The notes: generated from the letters alone by a model not told the origin. Counted from the first letter of the stretch, positions 13,761 through 27,027 are shown. The stretch: 64,000 nt of DNA from Octopus sinensis (GCF_006345805.1 NC_043001.1:96658001-96722000); one strand, 5' to 3'. Numbers and translations are program-made.

Positions 13761-13846
13761 AAAATCGGTGAAATGATTTGAGGAATTTAAGCATACTGCA
13801 GTCTTCGTACTTGTAACCGGAAAACAATTTATATTTAGGAGGTGAA
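13761..13846 (-). CDS. Candidate coding exon (86 nt, phase 2 to 1)
   Basis: Acceptor atttttgttttctaaag, donor GTGCGT. Open frame SPPKYKLFSGYKYEDCSMLKFLKSFHRF. Confidence 0.5.
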
Positions 13847-14084
13847 CTTTAGAAAACAAAAATTCACAAAAATTTAATACATGCATCCTATCATAGTTCA
13901 TTTGCCCACACATGCATTAGTTAACCTTTAGCACACTGAATTTTCTCTAGAATTGTTTCACCTGCCACTGTTCTGTTCCTGCATGGAAAAAAGCTCATTA
14001 AGAATATCAGAAATTTAAAAAAAAAACGTTTTATGATAATTTATAGTTCGGTTATCCACGCCAGTCGCACTCACCAGTTATCAT

Positions 14085-14599
14085 GATGATACAAAAGTAT
14101 CTCAACCAATCAATGACCTTGAATGTGCCTCAAAAGTACAGAAAGATTTCAATGCAATATACGAGTGGACTGAAATATATAGAATATGTACTTCAATGTT
14201 GAGAAGTTTCAGACTCTCCGATATCAACCCACGATCAAATTGATCGCTATCAGAATACGCAGGACAAGCGGGTATTGCAATTCAAGTGTTCTACTCGTTA
14301 CGTAACATACGAATTTATATGAGTGGCGATGCATCGTTCACAGCAAATATTATTAAGATGCCTGACTGGATAGTTCCTGCGATTGTACAGAACATGGAAA
14401 AAGGAAACCAGCTCAATCACCTGGATTACTACTTCCAATTATGGTGGCTTCAAATTTTTATAAGATTTATAAGATTTCGAAGCAATACAACGCCATTACA
14501 CCGAGAAAGCTGTTTCGATGCAACAGATGGACTGCTAGGGGAAACTAAAACAGCTGAGACTCCACTCTTTGGAAAATCAATCTGAAAAATGTGCAGTGA

Positions 14600-14642
<43 letters not shown>

Positions 14643-14885
14643 TATATACAAAAAATCCTGAAACGTCAAGCACCCAACTTTGAGACAGAAAGCTATACTA
14701 ATCAGTGGACTGGACATTATTTCATAGTACTAAAGATCCTGTACATCCTGAGTAAGAACCCAGAACTGGCAGTTTAGTGTTCAAAGGCTCGCCAAACCAA
14801 TTTTCTATGCATTGCCAAAAATGCCTCAGAGGTCAACGAGGTGTAAATGTGGGTGTGCTCAAAAACAATTAAATTTATATCCAGT
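14085..14885 (+). mobile_element. Degenerate CR1/L2-like LINE RT fragment
   Basis: HDDTKVSQPINDLECASKVQKDFNAIYEW..FNVEKFQ and ..EAIQRHYT; related to 20728-23830; split by a TA tract at ~14600. Confidence 0.7.
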
Positions 14886-14898
14886 ATATCAGATAAAG

Positions 14899-15208
14899 TG
14901 GAGGCGTAATGACCCAGTGGTTAGGACAGCGGATTCATGGTTTCGATTCCCAGACCAGGCGTTGTGTGTGTTTATTGAGAAAAAACATCTAAAGCTCCAT
15001 GAGTCTCCGGCAGGGGGTGGCGGTGACCCCTGTTGTACTCTTTCGCCCCAACTTTCTCTCACTCTTTCTTCCTTTTTCTTGAGTAATGCCGCGATGGACT
15101 GACGTCCCGTCTAGCTGGGGGGGGGGGACACATATGCCATAGAAACCGGGACACCGGGTCCATGAGCCTAGCTAGGCTTGAAAAAGGCGCATAAATAAAT
15201 CAAATCAA
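14899..15208 (+). mobile_element. tRNA-derived SINE (family A head/body, tail Y)
   Basis: A/B boxes present; 11-bp TSD atcagataaag at 14888-14898 and 15209-15219. Confidence 0.9.
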
Positions 15209-15267
15209 ATCAGATAAAGCAACACCACAGTAAAACACGCAAAGAAGGGTTGGTCTATCAAACTTAC

Positions 15268-15353
15268 TCGTTTACTAGGATCGATTCTGAAGACAGGACC
15301 AATAAGGAACGCTAAGATAAACATGAACATCCCAGCTTGGCCACAGCTTCTCG
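15268..15353 (-). CDS. Candidate exon (86 nt), frame uncertain
   Basis: Acceptor atcggtttttag, donor GTAAGT. One frame is fully open (RSCGQAGMFMFILAFLIGPVFRIDPSKR); the other two each contain a TAG. Confidence 0.35.
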
Positions 15354-15448
15354 CTAAAAACCGATATTAGAACAATGGAATAAGAGATTCCCTATGATAG
15401 GCCTTACAGGCATCAGTTAAAAGCCAAGTAAGTAATTTTATGTGGGAC

Positions 15449-15771
15449 TAGCACTATGACCCGGCAACGCCGGGCCACAGTGCTAGTGCATGCATATACC
15501 TATGCGTGCGTGCGCACATACACGCGAGTACTCTGCAAATCTCCGATCAATCACATACAGCTAGCTGGCATTCAATTGGCGTATCAAGTTTCGGGAATTT
15601 TAATTGGGTTTTGGATAGAAAATTCACAAAACGTCATTTCTATTGATATTTTAATGGCTTTGCGGGGAGACTGGGGAAATGTAAAGATGTGCACGACCAC
15701 CCTTGGACGGTTTTGATTGAACATAGAAAGTGCGAGCCCACGAACTGAAAAATTGTGGATTTGTATAAAGG

Positions 15772-15826
<55 letters not shown>

Positions 15827-15853
15827 GACATTTTGTCGTTTATATATATAGAG
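15449..15853 (+). mobile_element. Non-autonomous Helitron/HINE-like element with internal (CA)n
   Basis: 5' ctagc..CCCGGCaacGCCGGG hairpin and 3' (CA)n-gacattttgtcgtttatatatatag; resembles DINE-1/Lep1-type elements. Confidence 0.55.
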
Positions 15854-16553
15854 ATGTGATCTATAGCTACAAACTTTAACTTTCTAAAATATATATATAA
15901 CATATCTGATGAACGCACGTTTATTTTTCATGATACAGCAGCTTCAATGTTTATGAGTACTTTTATAATGCTATATCTATGAATCTTTTAACAAATTCTC
16001 CCACGGACTGCTTAGTTGTACTTTTCAGATCTTTACATCTCTCACATTGTGCCCGTCGTTCCACATGTGGATAAGTATATGAAATATGTGAATGTATTGT
16101 ATATATACATATACATACATAAAATATGTATATATGTACGTTCTAAATATATCTATATACGTGAGTGTCTACGTTTGTGTATGTATATCTGTGTATGGTA
16201 ATTAGTGAAATAGATACCATTATCTATTTAGGAAAACTAAAGTAAGACCTAAACCATACTAAAGAAGCCATACTGCATTAAGTTAGGCTATATGAAAATA
16301 AAAATAGATATTCTATAACTTTAGTAATTCTCGACAAAGTACGGTTTTTTCCGACTGAGTCGATTTCCCTATGTACGTCTTTTAGTCTCCATAGGTAAAT
16401 AATGTAACCTCTAACACTATTTGAAGCTCACAGATACACATGCACATATTAACACAAGGAAATATATATGAAACAAACAGACAGGCGATATATGTATATC
16501 TATATACAATACATACACACATAATATATATACATACATGCAAACATACATAC

Positions 16554-16591
<38 letters not shown>

Positions 16592-16647
16592 CATATATAT
16601 ACACATACGTACATGCATACGTACATGCATACGTACATAAATACATA

Positions 16648-16687
<40 letters not shown>

Positions 16688-17394
16688 TATATATATATAA
16701 TTTTTTTATACATATGTATATATATATATACATATATATATATCATTAAGCATACATATACATAAACATACATATATACATATATATATATACATACATA
16801 TACATACATATATATACATAGATTAATATATTTACGTACATACATATATACATACATACGCCTACATAAAGATATTTACATTCATACATATACATACACA
16901 CACAAGCGTACATATACATACTTATATAAACATGCATACATATATAAACATACATGCATATATACACATACACATACGTACATATATTTACATACACACA
17001 CACACACATATACACACACATACGCATATCTGTATATGTTAATATGTATGATTAGCGATGTTACTACTGGTTCCTGTTATTTTTGTTTCCTTTCTGTTAT
17101 GAAAGCCATTGATTCTGTAGAAGTCGTCTTTTTCTCTGTCACCATAGCTTCATTAACAACAAAGCTTCGTTGTGTCTTTGTTACTTCCTCCTTATGTTTC
17201 ATCTCAATTCAAATGCTTCTCTGTTTACGATTGTTGAATTCGTTTCATTGTCATTTTACTGTTGTTTTGATGTTACCATGTTGAATGCTATATAATATGG
17301 AACATCATATTGTTTTTTTTCCTTTTGCTCTGCCAGGAAGGAACTACTTTATCCCTGAATGCTAAATGTGTAGTGTGCACACATCCACACAAAC

Positions 17395-17439
<45 letters not shown>

Positions 17440-17874
17440 ATATACACATACACATACATATATGTATACATACATATACATGTATATATATATATATATA
17501 TATGTATGTATATATATATATGATACACTGAATCTGTCTTTAGAAGCTGAAATACGTCACAAACATTTTAACTAACGTAACGTTCGCTTATGTCTAACCA
17601 CTGCTTGAAGTCGAACAAACTGGATTATCGAAATCGATAGAGCGTCGAACAAATCGATAGACCGCCTAACAAACTTTAATCTATCTTTAAGTTTCTATGT
17701 GTGTTACACGGAAGTATTAGAGTCCATTGTTATAGTGAATACACTATGGCTATAACAATGGTCTCGCTGTATCTACGAAATATGTGTCAATATTCTTTTC
17801 TACTCTCGGCACAAAGTCCGAAAAGTAGGATAACGAGGTGGTGGCTTTCACACATTTTCTGCATCCACATCACC

Positions 17875-18000
17875 CTTAGATCTGTTGGAGAGTGTAGGCT
17901 CGAAACGTAAAAGACTTTCCCACCTTACCGAGAATTAAACTAATACACCTGTTTGTTGTTTAGGCACCTGTCCTCATCTTTTGTTCTTTTTGTGAATTCC
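17875..18000 (+). mobile_element. Family W Penelope-LTR-like repeat
   Basis: CTGTTGGAGAGTGTAGGCTCGAAACGTAAAAGA followed by the family body and (CA)n. Confidence 0.6.
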
Positions 18001-18413
18001 AACTATACACACACACACACACACAAACACACACAAACACACCCACACACATATATATATATACATATATATATATACATATATATATGCATATACATAT
18101 GTACATACACATATATATGTATATATATATACATATACATATATATATATATATATATACATACATACATACATATACATATATATATATTTAAATATAT
18201 ACATACATACATACATACATATACATATATATATATAGATATATAATCATACATACCATACATACATACACATATATATATATATACATATATACTCATA
18301 CATACATACAATTATATATATAAACATACACCTACGTGATATATATATGTATATATATATAACATACATACGTACAATAATATATATATATATATATATA
18401 TAAACATACATAC

Positions 18414-18456
<43 letters not shown>

Positions 18457-18496
18457 AATATACATACATACATAAACATACATACATATCTACATA

Positions 18497-18534
<38 letters not shown>

Positions 18535-18574
18535 ATATATATATATTTATATATATATATATTTTTTATTATTC

Positions 18575-18770
18575 TATTTGCTTCGGTCATTTGACTCGGC
18601 CATGCTGGAGCACCACCTAGTCGAACAAATCGACCCCAGGACTTATTCCTTGTAAGCTTGAGACTTATCCTATCGCTCTTGTTTGCCGAAAAGCTAAGTA
18701 CAGTGGCGTAAGCACACCAGCATCGGTTGTCAAGCAATGGTGGGGAGGGAAAGAAAAGAACAGACATACA

Positions 18771-18811
<41 letters not shown>

Positions 18812-18964
18812 GATGGGTTTGCTGTTTCCGTCTACCAATTCTATTCACAAAGCAGTGGTCGACGCAAGGATATGCACCTGCCCAAAAATACCACGCACGT
18901 GGTACTGAACCCGAACTATGTAGACGGGGAATCCAAGCTACTTACATTCAGCCCACCCTGCGCA
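18575..18964 (-). mobile_element. tRNA-derived SINE with internal microsatellite (here family R)
   Basis: Homologous to the full copies at 27680 and 31350. Confidence 0.85.
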
Positions 18965-18985
18965 TTATATATATATATGTATACA

Positions 18986-19024
<39 letters not shown>

Positions 19025-19028
<4 letters not shown>

Positions 19029-20220
19029 TCGATATGTTCGACCAAAGATGGTCCAGGCCATGTCTAACCTAATAGCACCACCTGATAGGATTATCTAAAT
19101 CCTGTTTAAGTCAAGTTTTTGTTTATGGTCCATTCAAGTAGTTGAGTTTTGTTGGGTGAGCTGTATCCAATTATGGGTGGTTATCTGGTATTCCTTGAAG
19201 AAATCTATCCAGACTCCGTTTAAAGTTGTTGGATGGGATCCTTTTCCTCTTTGATCTCTTTCGGGACAATGTTAATAGGGCAGGGCCTGTTGAGGGAAAA
19301 GAAATTATGTGCCGTGTACGTGTATGCTGTGATCTTGAATTGGGCAGGGGACGTATGGCCCGTGGTCCCATTTCTGTGGATGAACCTTGAAGCTAATGTT
19401 CAGGTCGATTTGGGCAAAGTATGCGGCGGTATATTCTCCACATCGTACAAATGATGTACGCTCAGGCGACGCTGGAGAGAGTAGAGTTTCAAGGCTTTAA
19501 GTGTGGTCCCAATAATCGAGAGCAGCCATGCCTTCAATTCGTTTAGTGAGTGCCCTCTGGGGGGATTCAATCCTCGAGATGTTTTGTCCTGTATGGGGAG
19601 ACCACAGTGGGTAGCAGTATTCGAGGTTCTTTGTGGCCGTACAAAGGAGGAAGAGAAAAGTGTATGATGACACCTTGTTCTCTGGACCGGAAGGTTCTTA
19701 AATCCAGGAACTCATCCTACGAGCTATATCGACCTTCCTGTTGATGTGTGCACTCCAACTGAGATCGTCATCAACAATTACACCCAGGTCTCTAATATTG
19801 TTAGAGGCTGTGAGCGGTTCCCCTGAAGGAAGAGAGTATGGCTGTTTTAGTGAGGAATTTCTTCCAAAATATATCAGCTCAAATTTTTCCTCGTTCAGTT
19901 GCATTTTGTTTCTGTCTGCCCAGTGACTCACAGCATATAGATCAGACTGGAGTTGAGTTCGGTCTGCTTCTTCATTGACGATTTGCTGGAGCTTAGTTTC
20001 ATCAACAAATATTTTCACTTTGCAGTAATGTCCGACACTGGAAAGGTCGTTTATGTAAATTATAAAGAGTAGCGGGCCCAAGACTTTTGCTGGGCTTGAG
20101 TGGACTCCATCAACTACAACATGTTGTGTTCTATTCGCCAGGAAATACTTAATCCAGTGTAGAAGATTTCCACGGATTCCAACATTTGCCAATTTTGCGA
20201 GTAGGATATTATGGTCAACG
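19025..20220 (-). mobile_element. CR1/L2-like LINE, 5'-truncated (RT to 3' end)
   Basis: ORF 19698-20192: LGPLLFIIYINDL, KIFVDETKL, IRDLGVIVDDDLSW. Ends in a stem-loop and (TA)n. Confidence 0.9.
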
Positions 20221-20278
20221 CATATATGACATCAGATATATGAGATCAGAGTTCGAACCTGTTTCAAAGGCTGTTCCC

Positions 20279-20336
<58 letters not shown>

Positions 20337-20448
20337 ATATATATATATCTAATGTAGGATAAAATTTTTTTCGAAAAAAATTCTTTTCCAAAAAAAATTT
20401 ATGAATGGCCAGCATATTAAAAAATACCTTTAAAGGTTAAATTTATAA

Positions 20449-20709
20449 ACAATTCATAAATAAGGGCAAACGAAAAAATTTCTAGTGCCGAATATGCTGA
20501 AAAATTGGACATATTGTCCATTAACCATATAATTTTTTCACAATACGCACGCTACTCGAAAAAATGTCGACAGAAATTTCTAAAAATTTGGTAATAATGG
20601 ATATTTCTAAAAATTTGGTAATAATGGAATTTTTTAGAAATTTCTGTCGACCTTTTTTCGACATATTTGGCTTTAGAAATTTTTTCGTTTGCCCTTATTT
20701 ATGAATTGT
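20449..20709. mobile_element. MITE-like foldback element
   Basis: acaattcataaataagggcaaacgaaaaaatttcta is inverted at 20674-20709; a second inner inverted pair and a duplicated 25-bp core are also present. Confidence 0.65.
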
Positions 20710-20727
20710 ATATATATATATATATAT

Positions 20728-23700
20728 ATTTTAAATTCTCGTTTCAGCTCAGAGCTGCGGCCATGCTGATGCACCGCCGTTTTGTGCTACACTGTTATTG
20801 CGAAGAACCTCGTCTAATATGTGGTACTTGGTGAAGAATGGAGTTTGATATAGCTACTCTCATTTGCACCTCTTGCCGTGAGGTAGGTTCATCTGGGACT
20901 CTCGACAGGAAGACGTCCAGCTTTGATTTAAAAACCGCTACATCTACTTTGTGCAAGTTCCTCAGACTCTTTGGGAGAATATTAAAAAGATGTGGGCCCT
21001 TGAGACCCAGGCTGTTGCAGAAGCTGGTCCTGAAGCGTGATGACATTGCTGAGATCTTTGGCACTATGCAGTGTCGTCCCGTTCTAGCATTGGTGTAGCT
21101 TACAATGCCAAAATTTGGTACAATTCCTTCCAGGATCTTCCAGACATATATTTACTGCATACCTCTCCCCTCTTCTCTCCAGGGAGTAAGATTAGCTGTT
21201 TCAGCCTTTCCAGTAGCTGAGCTGTTGCAAAGAGACGATCTTCTTGTGAATCTTCTCTGGATTGCTTCAAGGTCGCTCTTAATTTTACACTGGTGGGTGA
21301 CCATAGCTGTGAGCAGTAATCCAGGCGGTTGAGGACGAATGTCCGTCAGAGGACCATCATGGTTTCCTTATCTCTGGTTCTGAATGTTCTTAGGATCCAC
21401 CCAGCCAGTCGTCTGCACTTTGTCGCCATCCTGGTAATGTGCACTTGGAAAGAGGTGTCATCATTCATGTCGATACCCATGTCCCTCACAGACTTAAGCT
21501 CTGGTATTGAAATTCCCTGTGGACCGGTGTATCCTGTAAGTTTAATATTCAGTTTTGGATGCTGGTAGCGCAGGGCTGGAATTTTTCAGCATTAAACTGT
21601 ATTTATATCCTCAGCCCATCTGTAGATTGGTCCAACTCCTGCTGCAGGTGTTGCAACATCACTGGGGTTCTGTATTTTCTGCGAGACTTTCGTATCGTCT
21701 GCATAAGCTGGCAGAGTGGCTATCCGGGCATTTGAGGGCATATTCTGAGAGGGCACTATAAAAAGCAGTGGTCCCAAGACAGTGCCCTGTGGAACACCGC
21801 TCACTATTTCTGTGTTCATAGAGGTGGCTCCATTAACCACTACTGCCTGACTCCTATCTTTCAGGAAGTCATGTAACCATACTCCAAGTTTTCCAGCTAT
21901 GCCGAGGTCACGCAGTTTGTGGCATATCATACCATGATCCACCTTGTCAAAAGCTTTTGCAAAATCAAGGTAGATTACGTCCACATTTGATTTGTTGAGT
22001 AACTGCCAAAACACCAAGTCAGCTGGGTCAGACAGCTCCTACCTGGTCGAAAACCATGCTGGGTATCACTCAGCAAGTTATTTTCCTCAATGAATGCGAT
22101 TAGTTTCTTTCTGACTATCCGTTCCATAACTTTGCTGATGTGTGAAGTCAGAGAGATAGGCCTATAGTTTTTGGCATCTGCTCTACTTCCCCCTTTATGT
22201 ATTGGGCATATTATTCCCTCCTTCAGCTTGCTTGGCAGTTTGCCATTCGCAAGAAAGCTCTGGAAGACAATCTTGAGGGGTTTTGTCAGGGCATGCTTAC
22301 ACGCTTTGAGGAGGATGGCTGGGAAACCATCTTGACCAGCAGCTGAGTTTGTGTCCACTTCATCTATGGCTATTAGGATATCTTTTTCGCTAATGTCAAT
22401 ACATTCTATTGTAACCGCCTCGCTTGTTATAGGTGAGGCAGCAAAGAAGTCCACTGGTTCGTTCACTTGTCTGTGTTCCAACGGGGTGGTAAATACACTT
22501 TTGAACTGGTCATTCAGCATCTCACTGATCTTAGTTGGACTGTCTGTGAGGGAGCCATCCTTTTGGAGGAGGGGTCCTATCTTGTACTGCACTGAGACTG
22601 TTTCTTTCGCGTAATGAAAGAAGGCCTTTGGTTTTGATTTAATATTTTTTATAACCCAGGCTTCTTTGTCTGCTTTCTCCTTCACATAGGATTGTTGCAG
22701 CCTTTTTTCGATCTCATCAGTGTTTGCTTTAGGCGGGACGTTTCGCTACTTTTGGGATGTTGGTTGAGACGATTTGCAACCTTCGTCCGTCGTCTCATGA
22801 GGATCTTCCTGTCTCTTGGAATCTTGCTCCCTATTGTTTTGGCCTTGTGCTCTGGGACATATTTCTGGCATACGGCTTGCACAGAAGACATGAAACATTC
22901 TAGTTTCATGTCAATGTCTGGTGTGGAGAGACATTCCGGCCAGTCCTCTCTGAGGATCTCTTTTTGGATCGATTTCTAATCTGCTTTGTGGAAGTTCAGA
23001 TTGGAGAGATTTCGGGTGATTCCTTTAGGCTGTATGCTTCTGGTTACTTTTGGCCCAAATATAGACAGCTCTATTATGTTGTGATCCGAAACTGATGTCG
23101 GTGTCACTTTCACATCATGAATGATGTCCATATTGTTCGTGAAGCAGAGATCCAGAATGTTATTCGCCCTAGTTGGCTTGAGTACAACTTGCTCCATGAA
23201 TAAGGCATTGGTGAGGTTGATCAGGGACTCCACCTGTACTAGCTTGCAATGATTCATTCTTGAGAGTATGTGACTTTCGGGCCATTTGACGTTGGGGAAG
23301 TTGAAATCACCCATAAGAAATATGGTCACGTGGTGTTCCAGATTCATGAGGATTTCTTTAATTATTGTGAGGCAATCTTCAAACTTGCCTGTGTGATTTG
23401 GGGCATCCGGTGGGCAATATGTATTGCATATGACTATATTATGTTGTCTTATGTATACAATTAAAGTGTCACATACCGAATTTCAGTATGACAGTAAGAC
23501 CTGGGGTGTGAGGTCATCTCGGATGTATACAACAACTCCACCATGACTCCTTTTCCTTCTGTCTGTTCGCAGCATGGCATAGTTTGGTATGTGTACTTCT
23601 GCACCCTCTGTATCAGGGTTGACGTGAGTTTCCACAAGTGCTATGCATAGGGATTGATTGCATGCAGTAAGATCTCTCAGGAAAGAAATTTTATTTCTAT

Positions 23701-23830
23701 TTTGATGCAACAGGCCCCCAATATTTAGTAAAAGTATTGGGGTGACGGCTGTGCAGGCGTTAGGGGAGGCCATCCCGTGTATGTTGACTGTGATGGTCTT
23801 GCATAGTGGTGGCAGGGTTCCTTCTCTGTG
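20728..23830 (-). mobile_element. CR1/L2-like LINE ORF2 (APE endonuclease + RT), disrupted
   Basis: APE motifs ALVETH, TDRRKRSHGGV, MGDFNFP, NILDLCFT. RT motifs YRPISLTS, QHGFRPGRSC, YLDFAKAFDKVDH, GVPQGTVLGP, YADDTK. Multiple frameshifts. Confidence 0.95.
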
Positions 23831-24020
23831 CTTGTGTATGGTTCCTTCTCTGTGCTACGTATATATATATATAATATAGTATATATATATATATATATAT
23901 GTAAATATATATATATATATATGTAAATATATATATATATATGTGTATATATATATGTATATATATATATGTATATATATATATATGTATATAGATATAT
24001 ATATATATAGATATATATAG

Positions 24021-24072
<52 letters not shown>

Positions 24073-24304
24073 ATATTATATATAAATGTATAATATATAT
24101 ATATATATATATATAAATAAAAGTAAATAAATTGTACAACGAGTAGTACCGATATTTACTGGAAATAGCAAACGTAATAAATACGACGCTAATATAGCTT
24201 CACTGCGTATGTACTAGTAAAGATGCGTGTGTACAACAAACATGAAAAAAATTGTCTTACCTCTAGGAGAACATCTGAAAATGAAAAACCTAGATAATGG
24301 ATAT

Positions 24305-24354
24305 GCAGTACCGGTTTCGGATTTTTCAAAATACGATTATCCTCATCAGGCTGC
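24305..24354 (-). ncRNA. Minimal type-I hammerhead ribozyme motif (near-complete)
   Basis: GCAGC-CTGATGA-GGAT..ATCC-GAAAC-CG-GTA-CTGC; palindromic ACCGGT in place of helix III; one unpaired C at the base of stem I. Confidence 0.65.
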
Positions 24355-24428
24355 AAAACCTCAACAATATTTCAAATGTTGCCATTATTTACTTTTACGT
24401 ATAATTCTCGTATTGCTTACTCTTTTTA

Positions 24429-24468
<40 letters not shown>

Positions 24469-24563
24469 AGGAAGCTTTACGAAAATAAACAAAAGACGAA
24501 GGCAGGTGGAGTACAAACAAACAATTGTATTAGTATAGCGCTCAGGAATAGAAATAAAACAAG

Positions 24564-24601
24564 TCTTTTACGTTTCGAGCCTACGCTCTTCAACAGAAAG
24601 A
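24564..24601 (-). ncRNA. Hammerhead-like motif with U at core position 6, inside family W repeat 24470-24660
   Basis: TCTTT-CTGTTGA-A-GAGC-GTAG-GCTC-GAAAC-GTA-AAAGA; stems I and II pair perfectly. Confidence 0.55.
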
Positions 24602-25287
24602 TACACAGAAAAGAAACACGGGGATAAACATGGAGAAAAAAAATGCGTGCAGGAGCTAACGAATCAGCATGGCGGTCTGTATATATATATATATATACAT
24701 GTGTATATATATATATGTATATATGTGTGTGTGTGTGTGTGTGTGTAAATATATAAACACACGAACATACAGGCTCATACACACACGCACACACAGAAAC
24801 ACATATACACACATATATACTACATAAAACACCTGATAAAATTGTTTCGAATACAAAACAAGATTGTGAAGTATATTCAAGTAGCATTAAATGAATGAAT
24901 GCTTAAAGTAAAAAAAAAAAAAAATTTATCCACATTTCATTTTATTTTCGATGTTGTGCAAAAAAAAATAAATATCGGTAAGAATTTTCAATTCAGAGGA
25001 AGGCAATTCTTCATTGATTGCTGTTCAGTCGTGTTATCATTAGAAATTCATTCTGCAGTTATTTGTGATAAAACAAGAAAAAAAATAAGATGGCAGGTAT
25101 TAAATGAATCCTGCATCATGCGACGCTACAGGCGTCATATTGTATATATTGGATCGTCTGTTAGTGATCTCTATAACTACACATCTGCTTGGATTCCGAC
25201 AGGATGATGCTTAGCATCAAGTTTGTCGCCAGTATTACTGTATTAGTAATGAACATCACAACATGGAAGTTGTATGTACGTGTTTAT

Positions 25288-25510
25288 AAGCTTATTCTTT
25301 TACTTGTTTCAGTCATTTGACTGTGGCCATGCTGGAGCACTGCCTTTAGTCGAGCAAATCTACCCCAGGACTTATCCTTTGTAAGCATAGCACTTATTCC
25401 AGCGGTCTCTCTTGTCGAACCGCTATGCCACGGGGATGTAAACACAACGCTATCGGTTGTCAAGCGATGTTGGGGCGACAAACACAGACACACAAACACA
25501 TACATACACA
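25288..25510 (-). mobile_element. Family R SINE 3' half, followed by ~750 bp of TA-rich tract
   Basis: gtttcagtcatttgactgtggccatgctggagcac.. body; no head found beyond the tract. Confidence 0.8.
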
Positions 25511-25524
25511 TGTATGTATGTATG

Positions 25525-25561
<37 letters not shown>

Positions 25562-25651
25562 CACACACATACATATATATATATTATATATATATATATA
25601 TATATATCATATAACACACATACATATATAACACATATATATATATATATA

Positions 25652-25686
<35 letters not shown>

Positions 25687-26124
25687 TATATATACATATA
25701 TATATATAACATATATATATATTATATATATATATATACATATATATATACATATATATATATACTATTATAGATATATATACATATATATATATATATA
25801 CACAAATATATATATATATATACATATATTATATACATATATATATATAATACATATATATATATATATACATATATATACATATATATTATATATATAA
25901 TACATATATATATATATACATATATATACATATATAATATATACATATATATAACATATATATATATATATACATATATTATATATACATATATACATAT
26001 ATATATATATAATATATATATCATATATATACATTTTATATACATACATTACATATATATATATATATATATATAATATATATATATTATAATATATATA
26101 TAATACATATATATAATATATACA

Positions 26125-26156
<32 letters not shown>

Positions 26157-26198
26157 CATATATATATATACATATATTATATACATATATATATATAC

Positions 26199-26230
<32 letters not shown>

Positions 26231-26232
26231 TA

Positions 26233-26266
<34 letters not shown>

Positions 26267-26920
26267 TATATATGAGCTTGTGTATTTGTATACATGTCTC
26301 CATACATGTCAATAATGCCGTTACATAGCTTGTACATAATTTTTTCTTATTTCGTTTTTTCCCCACCCCTCCTTTTCTTTTTTCTTTTTCCTTCCCCCTT
26401 CTTCGTTCCTTTTTCTCTCTCTTCCTTTCTTTCGTCCCCCCCTTACTCAGTATATGAGAATCGCTACATAGATGATTTTAAATTGCGTGCGAGATGGATT
26501 GTGTACATATATGTACGCATGCATTTATGTGTATATTTCAGATTTATATTTATACGTCTGTATATGTATGGCGTTTGCACGCATCCTTCTGTGTATGTTG
26601 ATATATATATGTACGCTTTAATTTAAACATGTATTGCAGTGTAATATTTATAATAGGTTTAATTTCTAAGCTTTAATTATACTTTCTTCATTAATGTCAT
26701 TATGTAGTTTATTCAATGTAAGGTTTTTTCCTCGAATTTTATAATTTTTATAAGATTTTTACATATATATACATATATTTTTGACCTTTTTGTTTATCGC
26801 TCGAAGATTGACCGTTTTTTCTAAAGGGCCAATCAAACAAGTCCATTTCTTTTTAAAGGTGTTTGTTAGCGTTTGTAAGAGTCTAGATTGAATTGATATA
26901 TCGGTTCATTCTAGCAAAAA

Positions 26921-26958
26921 CTGTCTGATGAACGGCAACGAGAAACTCAGAGTAACAG
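26921..26958 (+). ncRNA. Minimal type-I hammerhead ribozyme motif
   Basis: CTGT-CTGATGA-ACG-GCAA-CGA-GAAAC-TCAGA-GTA-ACAG; 4-bp stem I, GNRA-capped stem II with one A/A mismatch. Confidence 0.65.
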
Positions 26959-26992
26959 ATTTTGTTGAATTTTCTGCTGCTTTAAATAAAGT

Positions 26993-27027
<35 letters not shown>

